From a virus: a stretch of DNA of 64,000 nt. Below the pieces are notes generated by a model that was given only the letters and a program-made list of their open reading frames with translations, was not told the origin of the DNA and ran no database searches. The DNA lies in IMG/VR virus record IMGVR_UViG_3300049845_000291, positions 32,001 to 96,000 of that record, one strand, 5' to 3'. The position numbers were made by a program, and so were the translations under genes. Below, piece after piece: positions 1-9,043 of the stretch (positions within the stretch are counted from its first letter, which is position 1; each line of letters begins with the position of its first letter).

Positions 1-2
1 CT

Positions 3-2282
3 CAAGGCGTTTCCGCTACAGAGTTTGGTTACGTCAACAACGTCACATCGCCAATCCAAACGCAACTGGACAGCAAGCAGTCCGGTGATGCAACGTTGAC
101 CGCCTTGGCCGCGTTGAACAGCGATGCTGGACTCGTCGTCCAGACTGGCGCTGATACCTTCACCAAGCGTTCACTGGTCCAGCCTTCTGCTGGCATCACG
201 ATCGCCAATGCCGACGGCCAAGCTGGCAACCCAACGTTTGCTCTGGCAAACGATCTGGCGGCCCTTGAAGGTCTTGCAACGACGGGCTATGTTGTTCGTA
301 CAGGCGATGGCACCATGGCCACGCGTACGATCGACGGCAATGCTGGACGCATCGTTGTTTCGGACGCAGGTGGCGTTGCCACCAACACCAACATCGATCT
401 GGCAACCCTGACCGACGCTGGCACTGGCACGTTCCTGAAGTTGACTCGCGACACCTACGGTCGCGTTTCAGGCACGACGGCTGTTGTTCAATCAGACATC
501 ACCGGTCTGGTTGACAGCGTGTACGTCAAAATTTCCGGCGACGCCATGACCGGCTCCCTGGACATGGGTGGAAACTCGGTCACCAACCTGGCAAGCCCAG
601 TTGGCGCCACCGATGCAGCTACCAAGGGGTACGTTGACGCTGTTGCTTCTGGCTTGGCCGCTAAGCCAGCCGTTGAAGTTGCTGCCGTTGGTTCAGCTGG
701 CCTGACGTCTCTTGGTTCGTTCACGTACAACAACGGCACCGCTGGTGTTGGTGCTACGCTGACTGCCACCGCAAACGGCGCGTTCCCAACTGTTGACGGA
801 TACACGCTGAACAGCACGACCCCGGGTCTGAACGGTGTCCTGATTGCCTTCCCGAACGGTACTGCTGACGCGGTGTACAACGGTCGGTACAACCTTACAC
901 AGCTCGGTAACGGCTCAACCCCTTGGGTACTGACTCGTTGCGGCCTGTGCGATGAGAGCACCGAGATCGAAGGTGCATACGTCTTCGTCAAGCAAGGTAC
1001 GAACTACCAAGGTACTGGTTGGGTTCAAGTTCACAACCCAAGCGATCCAGACAGCACGATCACGGTCGGCACCGATCAGATCTGGGTGTACCAGTTCTCG
1101 TCAGCTGGTACGGTCCAAGCTGGTACTGGTCTGTCGCAGTCTGGTACGGTCATCAACGTCAACCTTGGCGCTGGTATCTTTGAAGGTCCAGCTGACGCAG
1201 TTGGTATCGATCTGTTCACGCCAACTGCTGGCGCGCTGATCCTGACGACAAACGGCACGACTCGTGAGAGCCCAATTTCACTGCTTGGCCAGCTGCACCT
1301 GTTGCTTGCCTCTGGTGGTGGTCTGACGCAGGACTCAACTGGTCTGTACATCCCAGCTTCTGGTGTGACGAACGCCATGCTGGCGAACAACACGATCACG
1401 ATCAACGCTGATGCCGGTGGCACTGACAACGTGGCGCTGGGCGAAACGATCCTGTTCGCTGGCAGCTCGGTTCAGGGTATCTCCACCAACCGCTCTGGCG
1501 ACAACACGATCACCATCGCTGGTATCGATGCCTCGGCCACGCAGAAGGGTGTTGCAAGCTTCAACGCGACCGAGTTCTCGGTCACTGCTGGCGCCGTGTC
1601 TCTTGGTACCCTACCAGTTGCGAAGATCGCTACCCCGACAATCGGCTTCGTTGGTACGAACGCCTCGTCGGACACCGTAACACTGGGTGAGTCCTTCACC
1701 TTCGTCGACGGCGGTTCGCTGGCGCAAGCTGCTCTGGTATCGGTCGTCATCGGCACGAACAGTGGAACGATCGCACTGCGTCAAGCAACAACCACCGCAG
1801 CTGGCGTGGCAAGCTTCAGCGATCAGCACTTCAGCGTCACGGCTGGTGCAGTCAGCCTGAACGCAACGATCGGTGATCTGACGAACGTTGCAGCCGGTGC
1901 TGATGCAGCTTCAGCTAATGACGTTCTGTCGTTTGTTGGTGGTGAGTGGACGAACGTTACTCGCGCTGCAGTCGTTGGATCTGCCAACCTTGGTGACCTG
2001 GCTGACGTTGGTACCGCAACGCCAACTGACGGCCACCTGCTGGTCGGCAACGGCACATCATGGAACAACCAGAAGGCTTACCACCTGCACGACCAAACCG
2101 CACCGGACACGACGTGGACCGTGGTGCACAACCTTGGCCAGCAGTTCTGCGTCGTCACCGTGATCGACAGCACAAATGAAGTGGTCATTCCACAGTCGAT
2201 CGTCTTCGGTGGCGTTTCGGAACTGACCGTGACCTTCAACACTGCCATCACCGGCAAGGTTGCTGTCATGGGTATCGCGTAA
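3..2282 (+). CDS. Tail fibre / long virion structural protein, 5'-truncated by the window edge
   Basis: Frame is open from position 3 (QGVSATEFGYVNNVTSPIQTQLDSK). Gly/Thr/Ala-rich, with a NPTFALANDLAALEGL repeat, a DAATKGYVD fibre motif and a C-terminal TWTVVHNLG domain. Confidence 0.8.
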   Translation, partial: QGVSATEFGYVNNVTSPIQTQLDSKQSGDATLTALAALNSDAGLVVQTGADTFTKRSLVQPSAGITIANADGQAGNPTFALANDLAALEGLATTGYVVRTGDGTMATRTIDGNAGRIVVSDAGGVATNTNIDLATLTDAGTGTFLKLTRDTYGRVSGTTAVVQSDITGLVDSVYVKISGDAMTGSLDMGGNSVTNLASPVGATDAATKGYVDAVASGLAAKPAVEVAAVGSAGLTSLGSFTYNNGTAGVGATLTATANGAFPTVDGYTLNSTTPGLNGVLIAFPNGTADAVYNGRYNLTQLGNGSTPWVLTRCGLCDESTEIEGAYVFVKQGTNYQGTGWVQVHNPSDPDSTITVGTDQIWVYQFSSAGTVQAGTGLSQSGTVINVNLGAGIFEGPADAVGIDLFTPTAGALILTTNGTTRESPISLLGQLHLLLASGGGLTQDSTGLYIPASGVTNAMLANNTITINADAGGTDNVALGETILFAGSSVQGISTNRSGDNTITIAGIDASATQKGVASFNATEFSVTAGAVSLGTLPVAKIATPTIGFVGTNASSDTVTLGESFTFVDGGSLAQAALVSVVIGTNSGTIALRQATTTAAGVASFSDQHFSVTAGAVSLNATIGDLTNVAAGADAASANDVLSFVGGEWTNVTRAAVVGSANLGDLADVGTATPTDGHLLVGNGTSWNNQKAYHLHDQTAPDTTWTVVHNLGQQFCVVTVIDSTNEVVIPQSIVFGGVSELTVTFNTAITGKVAVMGIA

Positions 2283-2301
2283 TCCAAGTCATTGGATCTT
2301 C

Positions 2302-2324
2302 AAGGCGGCTTCGGCCGCCTTTTT
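2302..2324 (+). terminator. Rho-independent terminator
   Basis: AAGGCGGC-TTCG-GCCGCCTTTTT immediately after the fibre gene. Confidence 0.85.
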
Positions 2325-2368
2325 AGTTTCCGGAAGCATTGATCTTTTAGTTTCCGGAAGCATTGATC
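2321..2368. repeat. Perfect 24-bp tandem duplication
   Basis: TTTTAGTTTCCGGAAGCATTGATC at 2321-2344 and 2345-2368. Confidence 0.95.
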
Positions 2369-2371
2369 CCA

Positions 2372-2377
2372 TAAATA
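2372..2377 (+). promoter_or_regulatory. T4-like late promoter core TAAATA (representative copy)
   Basis: Sense-oriented TAAATA upstream of genes at + 2372, 21252, 32302, 35347, 36328, 36778, 49578, 50095 and - 8265, 10903, 17122, 17475, 23799, 32332, 33434, 49505, 54734, 59671, 61067, 61285. Resembles the T4 gp55 consensus TATAAATA. Confidence 0.8.
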
Positions 2378-2400
2378 GGATGACGAACTAAGGATCCAGC

Positions 2401-3003
2401 ATGAAGTTCTACGGGCACGCAAATCTCCAACAAAATGAGCTGCAGAACGCAGCTCTTTCGACTGTCACCGCTTTTCCACCCGACGCAAAGGTTGGTCAAG
2501 TTGCTTTCGTCAACAAGCGCGTGTACATCTGCGTGCAGGTTGATCCTGCGCCACCAATCTGGGTGCCGCTCACTCAGGAGATCACCGCGCACAAACATAC
2601 CCAGGAAACCTCGGCATTGACATGGACGGTGACACACAATTTGAACACCACGGCGGTTTCTGTGCAGGCCTTTGGCACCGACAACCGTGTCCTGATTCCC
2701 GACGAGATCGACGCGGTCAGTAACAACGTTGTGTCTATCTCGTTCAACACACCGTTGTCAGGTCGCGCAACGGTGTTGTCTGGCCACGAGACTGGCGAAG
2801 CAAAGCCAACGTACGCGTTGACGTACTACCAGAACACCGCCAGCACCACATGGACCATCGTGCACAACCTTGGGTACAACCCAATCTTGCGCGTGTTCAT
2901 TGGTCTCAATGAGGTGCAGCCCAACACGATTGCCCACCCAGATACGAACACCACGGTCATCACCTTTAGCACCGCCCAGGTTGGTTACGCGCGCTTGATC
3001 TGA
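2401..3003 (+). CDS. Virion/tail-associated protein with two copies of the W-x-x-x-H-N-L beta domain
   Basis: Late promoter and RBS. Two repeats resembling the C-terminus of the upstream fibre. Confidence 0.7.
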   Translation: MKFYGHANLQQNELQNAALSTVTAFPPDAKVGQVAFVNKRVYICVQVDPAPPIWVPLTQEITAHKHTQETSALTWTVTHNLNTTAVSVQAFGTDNRVLIPDEIDAVSNNVVSISFNTPLSGRATVLSGHETGEAKPTYALTYYQNTASTTWTIVHNLGYNPILRVFIGLNEVQPNTIAHPDTNTTVITFSTAQVGYARLI

Positions 3004-3011
3004 GGACAATC

Positions 3012-3236
3012 ATGTTGACCAAGAAGATCGCCACAACTTATCGGCACGTTCAGTCAACCGCCTCGACAATCTGGTCATTGGGGCACAACCTAGACATGCA
3101 TCCAATCATTGAGGCCTATGTGACCGAAGGTGGACAGCTGCTCAAAGTGATTCCGCAGCGGATTACATACGTAGACCCTAATAACGCTGAGCTTGAGTTC
3201 AGTTATCCAATCACTGGCTTTGCCACGGTGGTCTGA
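3012..3236 (+). CDS. Small single-domain paralogue (W-x-x-x-H-N-L domain)
   Basis: STIWSLGHNLDMHP...LEFSYPITGFATVV; GAGG RBS. Confidence 0.7.
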   Translation: MLTKKIATTYRHVQSTASTIWSLGHNLDMHPIIEAYVTEGGQLLKVIPQRITYVDPNNAELEFSYPITGFATVV

Positions 3237-3442
3237 TGAATGCAATAACCTTCACGCAACTCAATCCGGCAACCACATGGACCATCAACCACGGCTTTGG
3301 GCACAAGCCAGCGGTTGACGTGATCATCGACACTGGGCAGGGTCGGGTCAAGATCATGCCACAAGAGGTTCGCCATGTATCTGACACGCAGCTCATGATC
3401 ACGTTTGCAAACCCAGAGTCTGGGGTTGCCAGGCTCGCATAA
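3236..3442 (+). CDS. Small single-domain paralogue
   Basis: TTWTINHGFGHKP...ITFANPESGVARLA; TGATG stop/start overlap. Confidence 0.7.
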   Translation: MNAITFTQLNPATTWTINHGFGHKPAVDVIIDTGQGRVKIMPQEVRHVSDTQLMITFANPESGVARLA

Positions 3443-3460
3443 CCAGATGAAAGATCTCCC

Positions 3461-3862
3461 ATGTTCAGCACGAAACTTGTTGCGATCGCGGCAGCGGCCG
3501 TTTTGATTCCAACCCTGGCCTTTTCTGGCTGGACATACATCAAGCTCAAGAACGCTGAGGCTGACAAAGCTGAAGCGATCTCTCAGCGTGATGCGATGGC
3601 AACACAGCTTGATCTGGCGGTGCAGGCTAACCAAACCAGCCAGGCCACGATCGATCAGCTCAAGGCCGAGAAGCAAGACATTGAGGCCGCGCTGGCCAGC
3701 CTTGAGGCCCTACGTCGGAGGGACCGCGCCACCATCGCCGGTCTGTCTAAGGCCATCACTGAACAAGCCAACAACCCTGAAAACCAGGTCAAGCTTAGTC
3801 CCGTGCTGCAGCAGATCGTTGATCAGATCCAGCAACAGCGTAGCTCTCGAGGTGTCAAATGA
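3461..3862 (+). CDS. i-spanin (Rz-like)
   Basis: N-terminal transmembrane segment followed by a long coiled-coil; directly upstream of a lipoprotein gene. Confidence 0.75.
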   Translation: MFSTKLVAIAAAAVLIPTLAFSGWTYIKLKNAEADKAEAISQRDAMATQLDLAVQANQTSQATIDQLKAEKQDIEAALASLEALRRRDRATIAGLSKAITEQANNPENQVKLSPVLQQIVDQIQQQRSSRGVK

Positions 3863-4182
3863 GAAGCTTACTACTCATCCCCGTTCTGTTGGCCCTTGTC
3901 GGCTGCGAGACGTTCGTGAAGCGTGAAACGGTCGTTGAGACGCGGTACGTGGTGCGCACCGCCGTCGAGGACCAGAAGCGACTGCCACCGTACCCACCAC
4001 CCATTGACGTCAAGACCGCCTCTCAGCTGGAGCTTGCACAGTGGATCCTAGCCAGTGAAGAGCGCCAATGGCGGCTCGAGGCGATCATCGCCGAGCTCAT
4101 CAAGTTCTATGAGAAGCCGGTGACGAAGGAAGAGCAAGACAAGGTCAAGGACGAAAAGAAAGATCCTCCTAAGGAGAACTGA
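3859..4182 (+). CDS. o-spanin (Rz1-like lipoprotein)
   Basis: Lipobox LALVGC and Pro-rich stretch LPPYPPP; ATGA overlap with the i-spanin. Confidence 0.75.
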   Translation: MRSLLLIPVLLALVGCETFVKRETVVETRYVVRTAVEDQKRLPPYPPPIDVKTASQLELAQWILASEERQWRLEAIIAELIKFYEKPVTKEEQDKVKDEKKDPPKEN

Positions 4183-5813
4183 TGGGAACATGCTGCCCAC
4201 CAGCACCAACACCTGAGACCATTGGCGCCGCCGGTGCCGAGGCAGGAGGACCAGAGAGCGACATCAGGCCAGGTGAGAGCGTTGAGTGCTACATGGCTCG
4301 AGGTGGCAACACCTCCGGGTTGCATGACGACGCCACCTCAAACGTGCTGAACAAGATTGAGAACTCGTCGATTCCAATCAGCCAAAATCCGGTGCGCTTT
4401 GACGGCATCCAGTTCACCTTGACAGATGGCAGCACCAGGATTCCAACGTCATGGGGTTGGGTGAACGATGGAGGGGAGCCACTGGCGACTTTGGGTGGAG
4501 TCACTCTATCCAGCACCGGTGTGTTGTCTGGTAACATCCCACCGGCAGCTTTCAACAAGACCTTCAAGGTCGCTGTCACAGCATCTGACGCAACAGGTGT
4601 GATTGACCGACGAGGCTTCACCTTCTCTCCTGGCGAGGCAGGTGATGATGATCTTCGGTTGATCTCACCGCTGCCGGGAGCCACCGTGAACTCGCTGTTT
4701 GGTCCGCGGCTGCACCCAATCCAGAAAGTGATGAAGCCGCACACGGGCATTGACATGCGGTACGATGACCGCTCCGTCAAGGACGTGGTGGCGGCAGCTG
4801 ACGGCACCGTCACGCTGACTGGTGGCAACCGAAGCACTGGGTACGGTTTACGTGTCTGGATCAAGCACACCACAAAGTCTGGCAAGGACCTGGCCACCAC
4901 CACGTACAACCACCTTGAGAAGATCTACGTCAAAAACGGACAGAAGGTCATGGCTGGGCAGTCCATTGGTCTTGAAGGCAGCACAGGTGCCAGCACCGGA
5001 CCGCACCTGCACTTCGAGTGCCGGCTACCTGATGGCAAGTTCATTGACCCGTTGCCGCTGATTCGTGGGCAGATCTTGGTGGCAAGAAGCACCGGATCTC
5101 GCGGTGAAGCGCAGAACGTATCGGCACGTTCTTCCAATGCATCGCTGTCTGCGGCTGAAGTGGCGGCAAGATCTTCAAGCTGTGCCCCGTTTGGTCCGAC
5201 CTATCCTCCAGCCGATCCACCAGAAACCAACGACACCCCTCCAACACCAACTGCCACAGAGCCGTTTGAGCTGGCTTGGTTCTTCACCATGTCCCATGAG
5301 GTCGGGCCTTTCTGGAGCAACACGTTGGCTGGCACACCTGATGTTGTTGCTGGACTGATTGAGACAGCTATTCAGCGCCGGAACGTTGGGTACGTGAACA
5401 CGCCGAACTTTCCTGGCGGTGAAACCAAGTTCGGCGTGGCGCAAAAACCAAATCCAAGCGTCGCCGTCAGGTCGATTGACTACGCGGCGGCGAAGAAGCT
5501 TGGGTTCAACAATTACTGGAAGAGCGCCCCGATCAGTTGCGTTGGCAAGGGATCGTACATCGCGGTCTTGCTGTTCGACCTAAATTATCTGCATGGTGGC
5601 GGCAACGCCAGAACAATCTGGCAGAATGCCATCGACGCTGGCATGAACGCCAGCGTGTCATCGAGAGACGATCAGCTGATTGCATGCGAGATCCTGACGG
5701 ACGCTCGTGTGCAGTTCATTGAAGATATAACCCAACCTGCGTACCAGCGGGGTTGGCTGCGACGAGCTAACGAGACGTTGGCGTACGTGCGCTCATTACC
5801 ACCTGGACTGTGA
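4182..5813 (+). CDS. Multidomain cell-wall hydrolase: Ig-like + M23 peptidase + GH108-like lysozyme
   Basis: M23 motifs HTGID, YNHL and TGPHLHFE. GH108-like GYVNTPNFPGGETKFGV and C-terminal GWLRRA. Putative-Ig LSSTGVLSG segment. Confidence 0.8.
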   Translation: MGTCCPPAPTPETIGAAGAEAGGPESDIRPGESVECYMARGGNTSGLHDDATSNVLNKIENSSIPISQNPVRFDGIQFTLTDGSTRIPTSWGWVNDGGEPLATLGGVTLSSTGVLSGNIPPAAFNKTFKVAVTASDATGVIDRRGFTFSPGEAGDDDLRLISPLPGATVNSLFGPRLHPIQKVMKPHTGIDMRYDDRSVKDVVAAADGTVTLTGGNRSTGYGLRVWIKHTTKSGKDLATTTYNHLEKIYVKNGQKVMAGQSIGLEGSTGASTGPHLHFECRLPDGKFIDPLPLIRGQILVARSTGSRGEAQNVSARSSNASLSAAEVAARSSSCAPFGPTYPPADPPETNDTPPTPTATEPFELAWFFTMSHEVGPFWSNTLAGTPDVVAGLIETAIQRRNVGYVNTPNFPGGETKFGVAQKPNPSVAVRSIDYAAAKKLGFNNYWKSAPISCVGKGSYIAVLLFDLNYLHGGGNARTIWQNAIDAGMNASVSSRDDQLIACEILTDARVQFIEDITQPAYQRGWLRRANETLAYVRSLPPGL

Positions 5814-5820
5814 GGACCAC

Positions 5821-6366
5821 ATGAAAACGTATGACGACATCCGAGGCCAGATCAAGAACGGTGATTTGATCCATCTGTACCGGGCTGACAAGCCACTCCC
5901 AAGAACCGTGCTTCATTGGGTGATCAACTTCTTCACTGGCTCACCGATCTATCACAACGTAATCGCGCTCTGGATGAGCACTGACAGTGGTGAACGTCGG
6001 CTGATGTGCGTTGAGTCGCACATCAAAGGCGGCAAGCGCATCGTTCCACTCAGTGTGTATGCGGACGAGAAGATGGAGATCCATCCTTTGCCTGATGACG
6101 TTGACTTCACAGACATGGAACCAACGCTGATGCACCGAGTCGGCCGTCAGCGGTATGGGATCTTTGACTTCATCGCCATCGGGTTGCGCGAGTTTACTGG
6201 GATCAAGCTTGGCGATGCGGGCGGTCAGGTCTGCAGTGAGATGGCCGCTGAGGCGTGGATCTCGGCTGGTGTCCATCTGCCAGGTACCTTGCTGAGCCCG
6301 GGTCGTTTGCGTGGCGAGCTGATCAAGCTTGGAATCACCCCAACCATCAGGGCGAACATGGTATGA
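5821..6366 (+). CDS. Permuted papain-like (NlpC/P60, YiiX-like) amidase
   Basis: IKNGDLI, early His (IYHNV) and late Cys (VCSEMAAEAW). Confidence 0.65.
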   Translation: MKTYDDIRGQIKNGDLIHLYRADKPLPRTVLHWVINFFTGSPIYHNVIALWMSTDSGERRLMCVESHIKGGKRIVPLSVYADEKMEIHPLPDDVDFTDMEPTLMHRVGRQRYGIFDFIAIGLREFTGIKLGDAGGQVCSEMAAEAWISAGVHLPGTLLSPGRLRGELIKLGITPTIRANMV

Positions 6367-6662
6367 GCGGCAACACCGTTCGAATCGGCGACAAGGTCAC
6401 CTGCGGTGACAACTCCGCTTCAGGGTCTGGCAACGTATTTGCGAACGGCATGCCAATCACTCACGCTGGGCAGAAGAACACCACAGGTCATGGATGCTTC
6501 CCCCCAACGGTGTTTGCCGGGCCGTGGTCTGCGACCGTGTTCGTGAACAATCAGCCCGTCGCGCTCAAGGGCAAGACCAAGATCACGCCGCACCGGTGCG
6601 GGAAGAGCGTGCATGATGGGATTGCAAGCAGCGCGTCCCCAGACGTCTACGTTGAAGCCTGA
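6363..6662 (+). CDS. PAAR-repeat spike-tip protein
   Basis: RIGDKVTCGD...SGSGNVFANGMP...TVFVNNQPVA...H..ASASPDVYVE. Start reassigned to the ATG at 6363 (ATGA overlap). Confidence 0.85.
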   Translation: MSGNTVRIGDKVTCGDNSASGSGNVFANGMPITHAGQKNTTGHGCFPPTVFAGPWSATVFVNNQPVALKGKTKITPHRCGKSVHDGIASSASPDVYVEA

Positions 6663-7558
6663 TGCCTCTCAATCTTGCCAAGGCGTACTCGTACGTTCCT
6701 AAGGTCAGCGGACCGGTGCAGCTCGTCACGCGGTCATCTAGACGTGCCAGGTTGACAGCGGGCGGCACGTACTTCAGGTCAAAGGAGTACGGTGAGAGCG
6801 CTAACCTGATTCGGGTTCAGGTCATTGAGAACACGAGTCCAGAGGGTGCCCTGGTCGTCCAGCACGGAGCTCTCAAACCTGATGAGATGATCGCATGGAC
6901 TGGGTCAAATGCTGGCGTCGAGGTCGAGCTTTTCGAAAACAACCTGGAGTGGAACCAAGAGCTACGTGTCACCATTGAGGGCTCAACCACAGTGGCGAAT
7001 TTATACGGCATTAGGTGGCAAATAGCGGGCGGCGAGGACTTCATTTCAGCCGTTGGGCCTGTCGTCAGTGGGATCTTTTCAGGTGCCGGCGTCGTCATGA
7101 AGCTCAAGTTCACCACATGGCCAGCTGGTGGGGTACTGACGATCCGTGCTCGCGTCAAAAAGATTCCTTTGACCCGAATCACGGTGACAACCGACACTGG
7201 AACTGAAGATGGTTGGGCCATCCCAGCCCTGCGAACGGCCGTGAACAGCGACTCGAACCAGTGGATCTACATGCCCACGCGATCAGGGCCTGTCGAACCT
7301 CCAGCGCTCCCGGCAGCTGGAGAGGACGCGCAAGACACTGGGACCGATGCCAAGTTCCTGACGGCGTTCTCATTAACGAACCTGGCCGGTGGCGATGGTC
7401 TACCAACCTCGCCAGCCGGGCTAAACACCGGACCCGATCGAACCTTGGTGCACCTGAACTATGCCGAGAAGGAGGACGGCTCGCTGGGCGAGCTTAACGT
7501 CGTCCATGAGTGGGTCGGCGACAGCCAGCTCATCGGCAGCTGGCAGCGGTACTCTTGA
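6662..7558 (+). CDS. Hypothetical virion/baseplate-associated protein
   Basis: 298-aa ORF translationally coupled to the PAAR gene. Confidence 0.55.
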   Translation: MPLNLAKAYSYVPKVSGPVQLVTRSSRRARLTAGGTYFRSKEYGESANLIRVQVIENTSPEGALVVQHGALKPDEMIAWTGSNAGVEVELFENNLEWNQELRVTIEGSTTVANLYGIRWQIAGGEDFISAVGPVVSGIFSGAGVVMKLKFTTWPAGGVLTIRARVKKIPLTRITVTTDTGTEDGWAIPALRTAVNSDSNQWIYMPTRSGPVEPPALPAAGEDAQDTGTDAKFLTAFSLTNLAGGDGLPTSPAGLNTGPDRTLVHLNYAEKEDGSLGELNVVHEWVGDSQLIGSWQRYS

Positions 7559-7564
7559 TGCAGA

Positions 7565-7645
7565 ACCGGCGACACGAGGTGTCGCCGGTGGGCCTTAAAT
7601 TTCTAAGATGATAGGTACTGTGTCCGGCAGACCGGGTGTCGCCGG
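7565..7645. repeat. CCGGCGACAC element: hairpin plus an inverted single copy between convergent genes
   Basis: ACCGGCGACAC-GAG-GTGTCGCCGGT at 7565-7589; GTGTCGCCGG at 7636-7645. Confidence 0.85.
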
Positions 7646-7651
7646 CGTCGC

Positions 7652-8260
7652 CTAAAGCTCTTTGCCTGGCGTGTTGTTTCGACCGTCGGCGCTCACGAAG
7701 ATCTTCTCTACCGCGCCCCGAATCAGACCACCAGCCTGCGCAAACAGGCCCTGCTTGAGCTCGTCGATGAGCTCCTTGTTCTTGTACAGGTCGCTGGAGC
7801 GCATGCCGCCGGTTAGCTTCAGGTGCACAGGAATCGGATCATCACCGAGCACGCGCTTGATCATGCGCATCCGGCCGCGGCCTTCATGGCCGGTGACCTT
7901 TGGCAGGCTCTCACCCTTCTGATCGAACCGAATGTCGAGGAACGGAATGCCAACAGCGTACCCTTGCTTGACGACGAGCTCTTCGAGCTCGTACGACGTC
8001 GGTTCCTGGTGGCCCTCATCGTCGAGGGCCAGCTTCAGGAACGTGCTCGGTTTCATGAGCGCCACAGCACCCTCGTGCCAGATGTTACCGTTCAACGGCA
8101 CGGATCCTAGGCCCTTACGGGCCGAGAAGGTGATGGGGCCGATCTGGTACTCGAACTCGGCCACGGCTGGAGACCAGGCTGGAGCGTTCTCGAACTTCTC
8201 CGCGTAGATCTTGCGTGGCTCGTTCTCGGCCAGAAAGGATTTGAAGGTGATGTGCCGCAT
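7652..8260 (-). CDS. Late protein with a ParB/sulfiredoxin-like motif and a putative head-targeting N-terminus
   Basis: VTGHEGRGRM resembles the ParB-N GxxR motif. N-terminus ITFKSFLAE. TAAATA lies 4 nt upstream of the ATG. Confidence 0.5.
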   Translation of the reverse strand: MRHITFKSFLAENEPRKIYAEKFENAPAWSPAVAEFEYQIGPITFSARKGLGSVPLNGNIWHEGAVALMKPSTFLKLALDDEGHQEPTSYELEELVVKQGYAVGIPFLDIRFDQKGESLPKVTGHEGRGRMRMIKRVLGDDPIPVHLKLTGGMRSSDLYKNKELIDELKQGLFAQAGGLIRGAVEKIFVSADGRNNTPGKEL

Positions 8261-8469
8261 CAAGTATTTATGAGACGGGCTCTGAACTGGGCTCGGGGCC
8301 GATGCTCGTACGAGCGGTCCATGGCCTGCCAGCTCCTACAGAACGGCTTGACGACAACCTCGACAAGCGGGTCCTTCAGCAGCTCGAGCGCGTTCTGCTG
8401 GCAGATCGGGACCCAGCCGCCGGCCTTCAGCCGCAGCCTGACTCTGGCGATGGAGTCAGGCTCACGCAT
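8260..8469 (-). CDS. Hypothetical protein
   Basis: 69-aa ORF coupled to the LexA-like gene. Confidence 0.45.
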   Translation of the reverse strand: MREPDSIARVRLRLKAGGWVPICQQNALELLKDPLVEVVVKPFCRSWQAMDRSYEHRPRAQFRARLINT

Positions 8470-8705
8470 CAGAGCACTGGCCCGAGGGCCATGGCCAGGC
8501 CTCGCGTGGTCGGCGTGACGTTTCGCTTGTGGTGCGGCACGCGCTTCACGGCGCCATGATCTTCCAGACGATCCAGCAGCAGGTGCACGCTCGGGCCGGT
8601 GATGCCGAGCTCGGCGCCGAGCTCCTCACGAGTGGGCGAGTGTCCGTGCACGACCATGAAGGCCACGAGATGCTTCAGGCAGTTCAGCTGTTGGGGGGTG
8701 ACCAT
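8469..8705 (-). CDS. LexA-like winged-helix DNA-binding protein without the peptidase domain
   Basis: TPQQLNCLKHL...HGHSPTREELGAELGITGPSVHLLLDRLEDHGAVKR matches the LexA N-terminal domain pattern. Confidence 0.75.
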   Translation of the reverse strand: MVTPQQLNCLKHLVAFMVVHGHSPTREELGAELGITGPSVHLLLDRLEDHGAVKRVPHHKRNVTPTTRGLAMALGPVL

Positions 8706-8706
8706 C

Positions 8707-9015
8707 TTAGGCTCCTTCGGAGTTCAGAACTTCCATGATGTCGGGAATCTGCTCGCTGAGCTCGAACAGACCTTGCGGCAGCTCGGTCACAGGCGTGACC
8801 TGCTCTCCTTGGACGCGGAACCGATGGAGCTCGGTGCTCAGGCGGCGGGAGGGCAGCTCGACGACGTACGTGATGTAGAACTGGTGCTTGGCCGCATCGT
8901 ACCACAGTCCGTCGACGTGGCCGTCCAGCGCCACGAGCGGTGAGGTGCCGATGAACTTGCCGACCTGACGCACCGCGTCTTCGGCATCGATCAGCAGCTC
9001 CTTGAGTTGCCCCAT
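8707..9015 (-). CDS. Hypothetical protein
   Basis: Probable start MGQLKELL at 9015 with GGAG RBS. Confidence 0.55.
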   Translation of the reverse strand: MGQLKELLIDAEDAVRQVGKFIGTSPLVALDGHVDGLWYDAAKHQFYITYVVELPSRRLSTELHRFRVQGEQVTPVTELPQGLFELSEQIPDIMEVLNSEGA

Positions 9016-9043
9016 TGTGCTCTCCGTGACTAGGATGAATGGA

